Part shown: one piece after another, positions 20,231 through 28,185 of the stretch
Position numbering within the stretch: the first letter of the stretch is position 1
Layout: every line of letters starts with the position of its first letter
DNA from: Polyangiales bacterium
Lineage (GTDB): Bacteria; Myxococcota_A; Polyangia; Polyangiales; Polyangiaceae
Assembly: GCA_038230375.1 (NCBI GenBank)
Contig: JBBRNJ010000066.1
Coordinates: 1 to 49,570, forward strand
Length of the DNA stretch: 49,570 nt
Direction: 5' to 3'
Translations under genes and position numbers: made by a program
The notes under the pieces: generated by a model
What the model was told of the DNA's origin: nothing
Database searches by the model: none
The model's input: only the letters and a program-made list of their open reading frames with translations

Positions 20231-21520
20231 TCACGAATTCGACGGGAGCGCGCCGGTGCCGTAGAAGTGCGATGCCGCAAGCTTGGCGTTGAACAGCATC
20301 GCGAACACGCGCGTGTACACGCCGTGCGCGAGCAGCGACGTGAGAGCGCCGTAGTCCACGAAGTACGTAGTGCCGTGCGGATCGACCTCCGCGTCCGAGC
20401 GCATGCGCGAGAGCACGTTCGCGGGCGCGAGCAACGCATCACCGAAGATCTTCCCGATGTCTTGATTGAGCGTGCGATCCAGGCCAATCGCTGCCGGTGT
20501 GTCGGAGCCGTGGCCGCCCATCTTGCGGATCAGGTCGCCGCCTTTGTTCACCAGGTGCAGCACGCGCATTGTGCCGGGCGAACCCCACGTGTAGCGCGGC
20601 GGCGTGCCAAAGGTCATGACGTCCAGGCCCACGCCGCGCAGCACGTCGAGCGCGTGCCTCACGTGCCGGAGGTTGTGGCCGCGTGCGCGCAGCACATCCA
20701 GCATGGCACTGCCCTCGGGGGTGTGCTCCAGCATGTGCGAGAGCAGCGCGAAGAGCTGGGCGCCGTGGCTGTGAGCCATGCAAAGGATGCGCGGAGGCCT
20801 GTCCGCGTGAGCGCGGTCCGCGTGCTCCGCGAGCGTGGAGAGCGTGCGCGCCAGATCGAGCGTGGCCTCCAGCCGCGCGGCGTGGTGGTTCTCGGAGGAC
20901 CACATGAACCGGCTGCAGGTGATGCTGGACCCGATCGCGCGGCCAAAGAGCTTCGCGTACGACGTGCTGAAGGTCCCCAGATCGCCGAGCACTGCGTCGA
21001 TGCCGGACTTGGTGAGCGCGCGAAGCGGTCGGTGCAGCCTCTGGCCCACCGCAGGCACCGCACGAAGTAGCTTCGCGACGGCGAGGGGATCATCGCCTGC
21101 GAACGTGCCGTGCACGAACACGACCGCACAGACGTTGCTCTCACGAAAGCGAGCGCCAACGCGAGCCATCTCCTTGCGCCAGGCGTGAGAGCGAGGAGAG
21201 GGAAGGGGAGAGGAAGGGGGTGAGGGAAGGGAAAGGGCCGAGGTCGAGGTGGAGGTGGAGGTCAAGGTCGAGGTCGAGGTCGAGGTCGAGGTCGGTGTCG
21301 AAGTCGAGGTCGGTGTCGGTGTCGAGGTCGAGGTCGGTGTCGAGGTCGAAGTCGGTGTCGTCGTGATCGTCGTTGTCGTTGTCGTCGTCTCCCTCCTCGG
21401 CTCGATCACCGCTCTGATCGCCCTCAGCGTTGGTTGACTCTTCTGCATTCTCCATCGCGCGATGTACGCAACGAGGGTCGCGAGCAACACCACGATGAGA
21501 AGCCACGGAAGGATCGACAC
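20231..21520 (-). CDS. Membrane-anchored alpha/beta-hydrolase (lipase-like) with a Thr/Ser/Pro linker
   Basis: N-terminal TM, FVHGTF, AHSHG nucleophile elbow, TFGTP, N..D. GTG start lies 6 nt after TATACT. Confidence 0.7.
   Translation of the reverse strand: MSILPWLLIVVLLATLVAYIARWRMQKSQPTLRAIRAVIEPRRETTTTTTTITTTPTSTSTPTSTSTPTPTSTSTPTSTSTSTSTLTSTSTSTSALSLPSPPSSPLPSPRSHAWRKEMARVGARFRESNVCAVVFVHGTFAGDDPLAVAKLLRAVPAVGQRLHRPLRALTKSGIDAVLGDLGTFSTSYAKLFGRAIGSSITCSRFMWSSENHHAARLEATLDLARTLSTLAEHADRAHADRPPRILCMAHSHGAQLFALLSHMLEHTPEGSAMLDVLRARGHNLRHVRHALDVLRGVGLDVMTFGTPPRYTWGSPGTMRVLHLVNKGGDLIRKMGGHGSDTPAAIGLDRTLNQDIGKIFGDALLAPANVLSRMRSDAEVDPHGTTYFVDYGALTSLLAHGVYTRVFAMLFNAKLAASHFYGTGALPSNS
21239..21390 (+). 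repeat. Degenerate GTCGAG/GTCGGT hexamer tract, coding (TS/TP linker on the - strand)
   Basis: (gaggtc)n, (ggtgtc)n and (gtcgtt)n units, preceded by a purine-rich G-run tract at 21188-21237. Confidence 0.9.
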
Positions 21521-21542
21521 AGGGCCAGTATAACGCGCCGCG

Positions 21543-22187
21543 TCAGTCTCGCAATCCCCCGTCGGCGATCGCGCCTGCGTCGAGGATGAATGCGCTGGAG
21601 CACACGGAGTCGTTCCTTGCGCACGTGACGGCGTGGCAGGCGTTGCATCCACCGCCGGTGTCGCCGTACGTCTTGTCTGCGGGGGAATTGATCCCGCGCC
21701 ACAGGATGTTCTCCTTGCCGCCGCCGATCGAGCCGGGCGACAGCTCGAACCACTCCCATCCCTTTGCGCCGTCGGCGTTGAAGCTGCAGCCGCGCTTCAC
21801 CATCGCGAACACGTGGTGTGTCGCCGGATCCGCGCTCTCGATCTCCGTCACGAGGATGGTGCCCTGCGCGAACGCGGTCGCGCTCGCGGGTGCCGCGTCC
21901 GCACCTGCGTCAGGGAGCGCGTTCATGTACTCGGTGCGCGGTCCCTTCACGTGCGTCTGCCCGCCGAGATCGCTCGCGCCGTCGATGTGGTGCGAGGGCC
22001 ACAGGCGGAAGTCCGTGAACTGCGCCGGGTACGCGACGAAGCAGCCCACGGTGCTCGGGTCCAGGGTTGTCGTGTCGTCCGCCGGCAATCCCCCACAGGC
22101 GGCGAACGTCATCACTGCAGTCATGGTGACGGCCAGCGCGCCCGGCGCGAACCGTGACGCCAGCCGTGCGTGCGGGGGGTGGACCAT
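21543..22187 (-). CDS. Cytochrome P460/c'-beta-like mono-haem lipoprotein
   Basis: Lipobox FAAC. FAQGTILVTE...VFAMVKR...GWEWFEL...CNACH...D matches the P460-family pattern. Confidence 0.65.
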   Translation of the reverse strand: MVHPPHARLASRFAPGALAVTMTAVMTFAACGGLPADDTTTLDPSTVGCFVAYPAQFTDFRLWPSHHIDGASDLGGQTHVKGPRTEYMNALPDAGADAAPASATAFAQGTILVTEIESADPATHHVFAMVKRGCSFNADGAKGWEWFELSPGSIGGGKENILWRGINSPADKTYGDTGGGCNACHAVTCARNDSVCSSAFILDAGAIADGGLRD

Positions 22188-22204
22188 CTCGGTCGCTCAC
22201 TCTA

Positions 22205-23368
22205 CTAGAAAGTGCCCACCAGACCCGCGTGGAAGCCAAGCTCGAACGTCCGGTTCGTCTCGTCCGTATCGCTGAACTTCCACACCTCCGTGGACGCCTT
22301 CACGCGCAGGCCGGCGATCACGACGTACGCGAGCCCCAGCGTGCCGCGCACCACGGTGCTGTGCGCAGAGAGCTGGCTGTCCGCGGCCACGTTGCCATCG
22401 CGCAGCATGCCGTCGCCGCGCAGGATGAGGTCCAGGTCGCGCGTCATGGGCTGCTCCACCTCCACGTACCCGCCGTGCTTGACGAAGAAGTTCCCGCGCT
22501 GCGGGGCGATGGTGTACTTCCACGCCGCCTGGTTCGCAGTGTCGAACTCCGTGCGCCTCGCCAGGTATTCGATGCGCACGTTGGTCCGGTTCAATCGCAA
22601 CGTGAGGTCGCCGCCGTAGATCAGGTACGAGAGCTTGTTGTCTGGATCGTAGGTCCCGTACATGGCGCTCGCGCCCAGCACCACGTCGGAGAGCTCGCCC
22701 AGCTTCACGGCCACGCTGGTGCGTCCGCCGCCAGCGGGCCGCCCGTTGTTGTCCACGTAATAGGAAGACGGGCTGCGCGACGCCTGGAAGTCGATGTCCG
22801 AGCCACCCGACGCGCCCTTGAATCCAGCCACTGCGTACACGGCGTAGTCCACCTGGGTGCGGGCGCCGAACGCATGCGTCCCGTTGACCTCCACGCCGTT
22901 GTCCGGGAACGGCGACGGCAACACGCCAAGGTTCCATTGGCGCATCCTCAGCATGCGCCCCATGTCGTAGGGGAGCGGCTTGTCGCTTGTGCGGTGGTTC
23001 GCCGGATCGTGGCGTAGGTTGAACGCGCCGAACGTGGGGCTGAAGCGACCCGCGCGGATGTTGATCTCGTCCCTGATGCGGTAGTCGAAGTACATCATGT
23101 CTGCCTCGAACCCATGACAGCCGAAGCACAGCTTCATGTTCGCAGACAGGTGGTCGTTGAAGTCCACGGCGATCTTCCCGGCCAGCTCCGTGGTGAAGCC
23201 GTCGAACCCGTTCGGGAACGTGCGCGCATCGTGGTGGGTTGGCACGAGCGAGTAGTCCACCTGCGCGGAGCCCACAAAATTGCGGTCGAGCGCAGCTGCA
23301 GGCGCAGGCCACGCCACCGCCACCGCACATGCGAGCAGCAGCGCGAACGGAAGCAGAAGGCGCTTCAC
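22205..23368 (-). CDS. Outer-membrane beta-barrel (porin O/P-like) containing CFGCH
   Basis: Signal peptide, amphipathic strands, NIRAGRFSPTFGAFN, DNGVEVNG and a C-terminal ...AGLVGTF. Confidence 0.8.
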   Translation of the reverse strand: MKRLLLPFALLLACAVAVAWPAPAAALDRNFVGSAQVDYSLVPTHHDARTFPNGFDGFTTELAGKIAVDFNDHLSANMKLCFGCHGFEADMMYFDYRIRDEINIRAGRFSPTFGAFNLRHDPANHRTSDKPLPYDMGRMLRMRQWNLGVLPSPFPDNGVEVNGTHAFGARTQVDYAVYAVAGFKGASGGSDIDFQASRSPSSYYVDNNGRPAGGGRTSVAVKLGELSDVVLGASAMYGTYDPDNKLSYLIYGGDLTLRLNRTNVRIEYLARRTEFDTANQAAWKYTIAPQRGNFFVKHGGYVEVEQPMTRDLDLILRGDGMLRDGNVAADSQLSAHSTVVRGTLGLAYVVIAGLRVKASTEVWKFSDTDETNRTFELGFHAGLVGTF

Positions 23369-23727
23369 TGCGGACCGCCGTCAGGCGACATGGCCTGCGT
23401 CTTCGCTTCGATCTCGCGGCGCGAGTAGTAGTGCAAGAAGCGCAGAACCGGCTCCTCGTCGGCGATGGTGATGCCGCTGCCTGGCTGCAGGCGCATCTTC
23501 GCCACGTACCGCTTCCACTCCATGTCGTCGGTGATGCCGGACGCAAGCGGTCGCTGCAACGAATGACACTTGGAACAGGTGTGCGCGAAGACCGCGTAGT
23601 CCGCGCGCACGTCATCCGGAAGCGTGCTCGGGTCGAGCGCTTCGCTCCGCTCGGTGGGACATGCCGCGGTGCCAACGACGAGGAGTGCGAGCGCCGTTGC
23701 GCGCGCGAGGAACGTAGCGTGCCTCAT
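23365..23727 (-). CDS. Small mono-haem cytochrome c lipoprotein
   Basis: Lipobox TAAC; FAHTCSKCHSLQRP...W..YVAKM (candidate distal Met). 4-nt overlaps with both neighbours. Confidence 0.8.
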   Translation of the reverse strand: MRHATFLARATALALLVVGTAACPTERSEALDPSTLPDDVRADYAVFAHTCSKCHSLQRPLASGITDDMEWKRYVAKMRLQPGSGITIADEEPVLRFLHYYSRREIEAKTQAMSPDGGPQ

Positions 23728-24221
23728 TCGTGGTCGTCCCCCAGCGCGCCCTCGGCGATCCAGTCCTGCATCAGCTGGATCTGAGCGTCCGTCCAGAACG
23801 GACCGTTCTTGGGCATGCGCGCGCCGATGTGGAAGCTGCCGTGGAGCTTCTGCACGATCGCGGAGTCGCAGGCCTTCCCCGGCACGATCATGTTGTCGTG
23901 CGTATTGTTGCCGCCATTGCGCACGTCTTCCAGTTCGTCCATGTAGAGACCGCTCTCGTCGAGCCCGACGTGGCTTGGCTCGTGCTCGTAGTGGCAAGGC
24001 TTGCAGCCGCCGGAGCCAGGCACGTCGCCGTTCATGATGGGGCGAATGTCCTTCGCGAAGCTCACCTTCGTGTTCGGGTCGGAGTCGCCTTCCATGCACG
24101 GCGCGACGATCACGCCCGTCTGCGGCGAAAGGCCCGTGCACGACGACGTGAAGAGGATGTGCCCAAGCGCGGCCAGCACCACGAGCCCGCTCGTCCTCGA
24201 GAGCCTCCCACTCCGCCGCAT
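23724..24221 (-). CDS. Planctomycete-type (PSCyt1-like) mono-haem cytochrome c lipoprotein
   Basis: Lipobox TSSC; VSFAKDIRPI..CKPCH..IVPG..S.IVQKL..RMP..WIAEGA. GAAGGAAGG RBS. Confidence 0.8.
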   Translation of the reverse strand: MRRSGRLSRTSGLVVLAALGHILFTSSCTGLSPQTGVIVAPCMEGDSDPNTKVSFAKDIRPIMNGDVPGSGGCKPCHYEHEPSHVGLDESGLYMDELEDVRNGGNNTHDNMIVPGKACDSAIVQKLHGSFHIGARMPKNGPFWTDAQIQLMQDWIAEGALGDDHE

Positions 24222-24240
24222 GCAGTGGCCTTCCTTCATT

Positions 24241-26211
24241 TCAGTTGCAGGAGAACGAGAGCTGGATGGTGATCTGCGGCTCGCCGGTGATGTCGCCGCT
24301 CCGCACGCGGACATTCACGTTTTTCTGCGCCGCTTGCTCGAGGCACGCACCCAGCGTCGGTAGCGCGCTCGCGATGGCGGCCGAGGCGCCCTTGAAATGC
24401 GCGGTGTCGTCGAACGACACGATGATCTTGCCGTTGCCGCCCCAAGGCGCGCCGTGGAGCGCGGTCTGGTAGCAGGCCTCTGCCGCCGCGCCGAATCCGC
24501 CCACGTTCACGTCCTTCACGAGCACCGTGCCGTCGGTGCTCGGTGCGCTGGTGCGCGCATGACATGTCCGCGGATCGAACGGCGGAGGTGACGGAACGAC
24601 CACCACGGTGGGCGCCACCGTCGGCAGTGGTGCAACGACAGCCGCGCTCTGCGTTGGGGACAGCGGCTCGGCCACATGGACGATCTGCGGCGGCGCGTCG
24701 GTGGTGACGACGGGCCTGTCAGGCAGGCCGTTCAAACGGGACCTTGGTGGCGCGCGCACGGTGGGGGCAGCAGCGCGCGGAGACACGGTGGCCGGCATGG
24801 CGTTCGTGTTCTCGACCACAGGGTCGTCGTGTCGCGGAGGCGGATCTGTCTGCGCGACGGTAGTCTTGCGCGTGTCGAGCGGCAGCACCGCGGACTCCGC
24901 CGCGCTCGACGCGCCCGAAGTGAGCGGGTCTCTCGGTTGCGCCTTGTGAGTGAATCCACGAAGACCCACCACCGCTCCCGCTCCACTGAGCGCGACCAAC
25001 GCAGCGATCGCGGAGGGCCACTTCCACCGCGCCCCCTCGCGCTTCGCGGCGGTGCTTCCGGTGGTCTCGGTTCCGATAGGCGTCACCTTGCTTGGCGTGG
25101 GTCGCACCAGCAGCGGACGCGGCGGCGCGCCCAGCGAACCGCCCGGCACCGTGGGCGCCGTGGCCAGCGGCACGGGCTGGAACGCGAGCGGCACGGTGGA
25201 CACTGACACCGGCACGTTCGACGTGCGACCAGGCTCGGAGGCGGTGGCGTTGGGCATGCTCGGCCGCCCGGAGAGCGCGGCGCGCAGCTCCGACCGCAGC
25301 TCGCGCGCGCTCTGCTGCCGGTCGTCGCGGTTCTTCTGCAGCGCCTTCATGCAGACGGACTCGAGGTTCGGGTCCACGCCCGCGAAGTGGACGCGCGGCG
25401 GCTTCGGCTGCTCCGACACCTGCTTCACCACGATGCCAATCGGCGACTCCGCCTCGAACGGGACCCGCCCGACCAGGAGCTGATAGAGGATGACGCCGAC
25501 GGAGTAGAGATCGCTGCGTGGGTCAAGCTTCTCGCCCTGCGCCTGCTCGGGCGACATGTACTCGGGCGTGCCCACCAGCACACCATGCGTGGTCAGCGCG
25601 CGGCCTGGCGCTGGCCTCGGTAGCTCGCTCGCGTCGACCAGCGAACGCTGCGGCGAATCCATGAGCTTTGCGATGCCGAAGTCCAGCACCTTCACGAGGT
25701 CGACTGTCTGCCCCTCCTCGTTCGTGGCGTCGACGACCATGATGTTCTCGGGCTTCAGATCCCGGTGAATCACGCCCATCTCGTGCGCGACCACGAGCGC
25801 CGAGAGCACCTGCGACAGCACGTCCACGATGCGCGCCGGCGACAGCGGCCAGTCCTGGTAGATGACGTCGAAGAGGCTGCGTCCCTCCAGGTACTCCATG
25901 GCCAGGTAGAGCAGGCCGTCGGGCTCCTCGCCGAAGTCGAACATGCGGACGGAGTTCGGGTGGTCGAGCCGCGACGCCGCCTTCGCCTCGCGACGGAAGC
26001 GCTGCACGAACTCTTCCGCTGCGGTGAGCCGCGGGTGCATCAGCTTCAACGCGACGTGCTTGTCGAGCGCCGTCTGGCGAGCGAGGTACACCGCGCCCAT
26101 GGAGCCGTCGCCCAGGAACCGCTCGATGACGTACTTCCCGGCGATCGTGCGACCGATGAGGCGGTTGCGATTCACCGTTGTGGGCGGCCCCTCGATGTCG
26201 TCGTCGGCCAT
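24241..26211 (-). CDS. Transmembrane Ser/Thr protein kinase with a periplasmic C-terminal domain (TonB-C/AgmX-like)
   Basis: GDGSMGAVY, HRDLKPEN, DFG, GTPEYMSPE. One TM, a Pro-rich linker and C-terminal ACY...G.IIVSFD...ACLE. Confidence 0.9.
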   Translation of the reverse strand: MADDDIEGPPTTVNRNRLIGRTIAGKYVIERFLGDGSMGAVYLARQTALDKHVALKLMHPRLTAAEEFVQRFRREAKAASRLDHPNSVRMFDFGEEPDGLLYLAMEYLEGRSLFDVIYQDWPLSPARIVDVLSQVLSALVVAHEMGVIHRDLKPENIMVVDATNEEGQTVDLVKVLDFGIAKLMDSPQRSLVDASELPRPAPGRALTTHGVLVGTPEYMSPEQAQGEKLDPRSDLYSVGVILYQLLVGRVPFEAESPIGIVVKQVSEQPKPPRVHFAGVDPNLESVCMKALQKNRDDRQQSARELRSELRAALSGRPSMPNATASEPGRTSNVPVSVSTVPLAFQPVPLATAPTVPGGSLGAPPRPLLVRPTPSKVTPIGTETTGSTAAKREGARWKWPSAIAALVALSGAGAVVGLRGFTHKAQPRDPLTSGASSAAESAVLPLDTRKTTVAQTDPPPRHDDPVVENTNAMPATVSPRAAAPTVRAPPRSRLNGLPDRPVVTTDAPPQIVHVAEPLSPTQSAAVVAPLPTVAPTVVVVPSPPPFDPRTCHARTSAPSTDGTVLVKDVNVGGFGAAAEACYQTALHGAPWGGNGKIIVSFDDTAHFKGASAAIASALPTLGACLEQAAQKNVNVRVRSGDITGEPQITIQLSFSCN

Positions 26212-26315
26212 TCGCCCAGCTCGATCATAGAGTCGTGCGTGGTGACCGTCCGTTTCCAGATTGGAACAAGCCCTGTGCGCGTCTGGCAACGCGCGCGCGA
26301 CGAATGTTCGTCACC

Positions 26316-26765
26316 TCAGACGAGGACGATCGCGCGCTCGGCTGCGAGGCGGCAGAGGATCGCCACCGCGTTCGCGCGGTCCAGGCCCGAGCGCGCGACG
26401 ACATCGGCGACGGTGGACACGCCATTCACGAAGCGGAGCAGGCAGCGCGTCTTCGCGTCCATCGTTCCGATGTCGATGCGCTCGCGCGAGATCACTGGCA
26501 CGCGCGTGGACTCGAGAACGGAGTCGAGCTCGTTCTTCATGGTGATGTAGCGCGCGGCGATCTCCGCCATGCGATCGAGCTCCGTCGTGTTGAGGGGAGC
26601 CACCTTGCGGCGCGTGCCGGACGCGGGCTTCGGCCGCTCCGTGGGACTGTTGTGACGCACCTCCCGGGGGAGCGGGATCGCGTACAACCCGCCCGTACGA
26701 CGGGTGGGCTCGGTCGGGGGTTCTTCAGCCGGAAAAGCCTGGCGAGCGTTGGCGGGGAGCGACAT
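26316..26765 (-). CDS. Hypothetical protein with a C-terminal winged-helix-like domain
   Basis: VP...LLRFVNGVSTVADVVARSGL...ILCRLAAERAI, a pattern typical of myxobacterial wHTH-like tails. Confidence 0.6.
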   Translation of the reverse strand: MSLPANARQAFPAEEPPTEPTRRTGGLYAIPLPREVRHNSPTERPKPASGTRRKVAPLNTTELDRMAEIAARYITMKNELDSVLESTRVPVISRERIDIGTMDAKTRCLLRFVNGVSTVADVVARSGLDRANAVAILCRLAAERAIVLV

Positions 26766-26909
26766 GCAAAGAGGTTTCGCAAGAACGAGACCAACCCGCG
26801 GGCGCACGCACACCTCACGAACCGGGCCTTTTCAAGCGCTCCACGGTGGTGAGCGTCAGACGGATGACACCGCGCACGCCACACTGCTGACATTCCCAGT
26901 AACGGCACG

Positions 26910-27086
26910 GTGGGAGGTGAAGGTAAGGGTGAGGCCACAGTCCAGGTCGAAGTCGTCGTCGCTGCCGAGGGCGAGGTCGAAGTCGAAGTCGAAGTCGAAG
27001 TCGTTGTCGAGGTCGAAGTCGAAGTCGAAGTCGTTGTCGAGGTCGAATTCGCCGTCGTCGTCGTTGTCGAAGTCAAGGTCGAAGTC
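26910..27086 (+). repeat. Degenerate GTCGAA/GTCGAG hexamer tract, probably intergenic
   Basis: Purine-rich head followed by (gtcgaa)n. Includes a tandem 30-nt duplication gaagtcgaagtcgaagtcgttgtcgaggtc. Confidence 0.9.
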
Positions 27087-27116
27087 CGCATCGATCTGTT
27101 CTATGGTGCCCCCCCC

Positions 27117-27575
27117 ATGGCGAAGAAGAAGGCCTCCGCGAAGACGATCCTAGATGCAGCCTCCACCGCCAAGGTGTTCGAGGGGCGTCCCAGCAAGAAG
27201 GAGGCGCTCTCCGAGGTCGAAAGCTTCTTCAGCCACCTGAAGGAGGCCGACGTCGAGGCCGCGGGCGCGTCCATCGCACACGCTCACAAGGACTGGTGGC
27301 CGCACCAGGTGCGCTCGCTCTGGCAAGATCTCGTTGGCCCCTGGCTCGAGGAGCAGGGCGAGGACTGGGATCTCGACGACGACAAGTCGTGGCGCGATCT
27401 CACGTGGCTCGAGAAGATCGGCATCGAGCTCGAGACCGACTGGAACGGCGACGACGACAGCTTCTTCCTCAACGTCACCTACGACGGAGAGGTCACGGAC
27501 GTGTCCGCGGAGTTCAGCATCCAGGAGATCCCGACGGGCTGGGTCGTGCGCCGAGACATCATCCACGTGAACTGA
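27117..27575 (+). CDS. Acidic, Trp-rich hypothetical protein
   Basis: MAKKKASAK... Strong G/C third-position bias. No family recognised. Confidence 0.7.
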   Translation: MAKKKASAKTILDAASTAKVFEGRPSKKEALSEVESFFSHLKEADVEAAGASIAHAHKDWWPHQVRSLWQDLVGPWLEEQGEDWDLDDDKSWRDLTWLEKIGIELETDWNGDDDSFFLNVTYDGEVTDVSAEFSIQEIPTGWVVRRDIIHVN

Positions 27576-27729
27576 CCCGCCGCCGTTCTTGCCGCCATCC
27601 CCGTGGGCATCGAGCAATCATCCCGCGCCTTGCGTGGAGCGACATCTCCGTCGATGCGTGCAACCATGGACGTGTGGCGCGCTCGCAGCTTCTCATCCTG
27701 TCGCCGGATCGGTCCTGTCTGAGGTCGAA

Positions 27730-28161
27730 ATGATTTCCAGAGGCCTTCGATGGAACGTCGGTGTTCTGACCTTTGGGGTGCTTTGCATCGCGGCCGCGTG
27801 CTCGACAAGCCAGTCGCCCGGCGCTTGCTCGAACGGCACTCCATACGAACAGAACGCTTCGTTCCCTCAGGTGAACGACTCCACGTCCTATCCAACGTGC
27901 ACTCCACACTGCGGTGCAACACGCGGGCCCCGGGGCCTCTATTCCGTTGCTGCCCTGCCGAGCGGTGCGTGTAGCTCCGAGCCGACATGCAGCATGGGGG
28001 CTTCGAGGGTGGACTCGTGCCCAGGGCTGCCCGCCGACGTGTGCTCGGTGAGCAACTACCGCTGCTCCTGCGACAACGGGCAGTGGCAATGCCAGATCAC
28101 GAGCCAGGGCTCCGGCGTGTGCACTTGCAACGCGATGAAGGACGGGAGCTGGGGAGACTAG
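27730..28161 (+). CDS. Cys-rich lipoprotein
   Basis: GAGG RBS, lipobox AAAC and many Cys, ending in C.C.NG.W.C. Confidence 0.7.
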   Translation: MISRGLRWNVGVLTFGVLCIAAACSTSQSPGACSNGTPYEQNASFPQVNDSTSYPTCTPHCGATRGPRGLYSVAALPSGACSSEPTCSMGASRVDSCPGLPADVCSVSNYRCSCDNGQWQCQITSQGSGVCTCNAMKDGSWGD

Positions 28162-28185
28162 CTACGACGGGCTCGCGTACGTCGC

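Noticed and set aside
19688..21070. 460-aa + strand ORF
   Set aside because: Antisense to two motif-bearing genes, Arg/Ala-rich and without a recognisable domain.
26910..27116. VEVEVE N-terminal extension of the 27117 gene (and the antisense TSTS ORF 26537-27091)
   Set aside because: Hexamer repeats are stop-poor in several frames. A -10-like TATGGT and a natural MAKKK start lie at 27102-27119.
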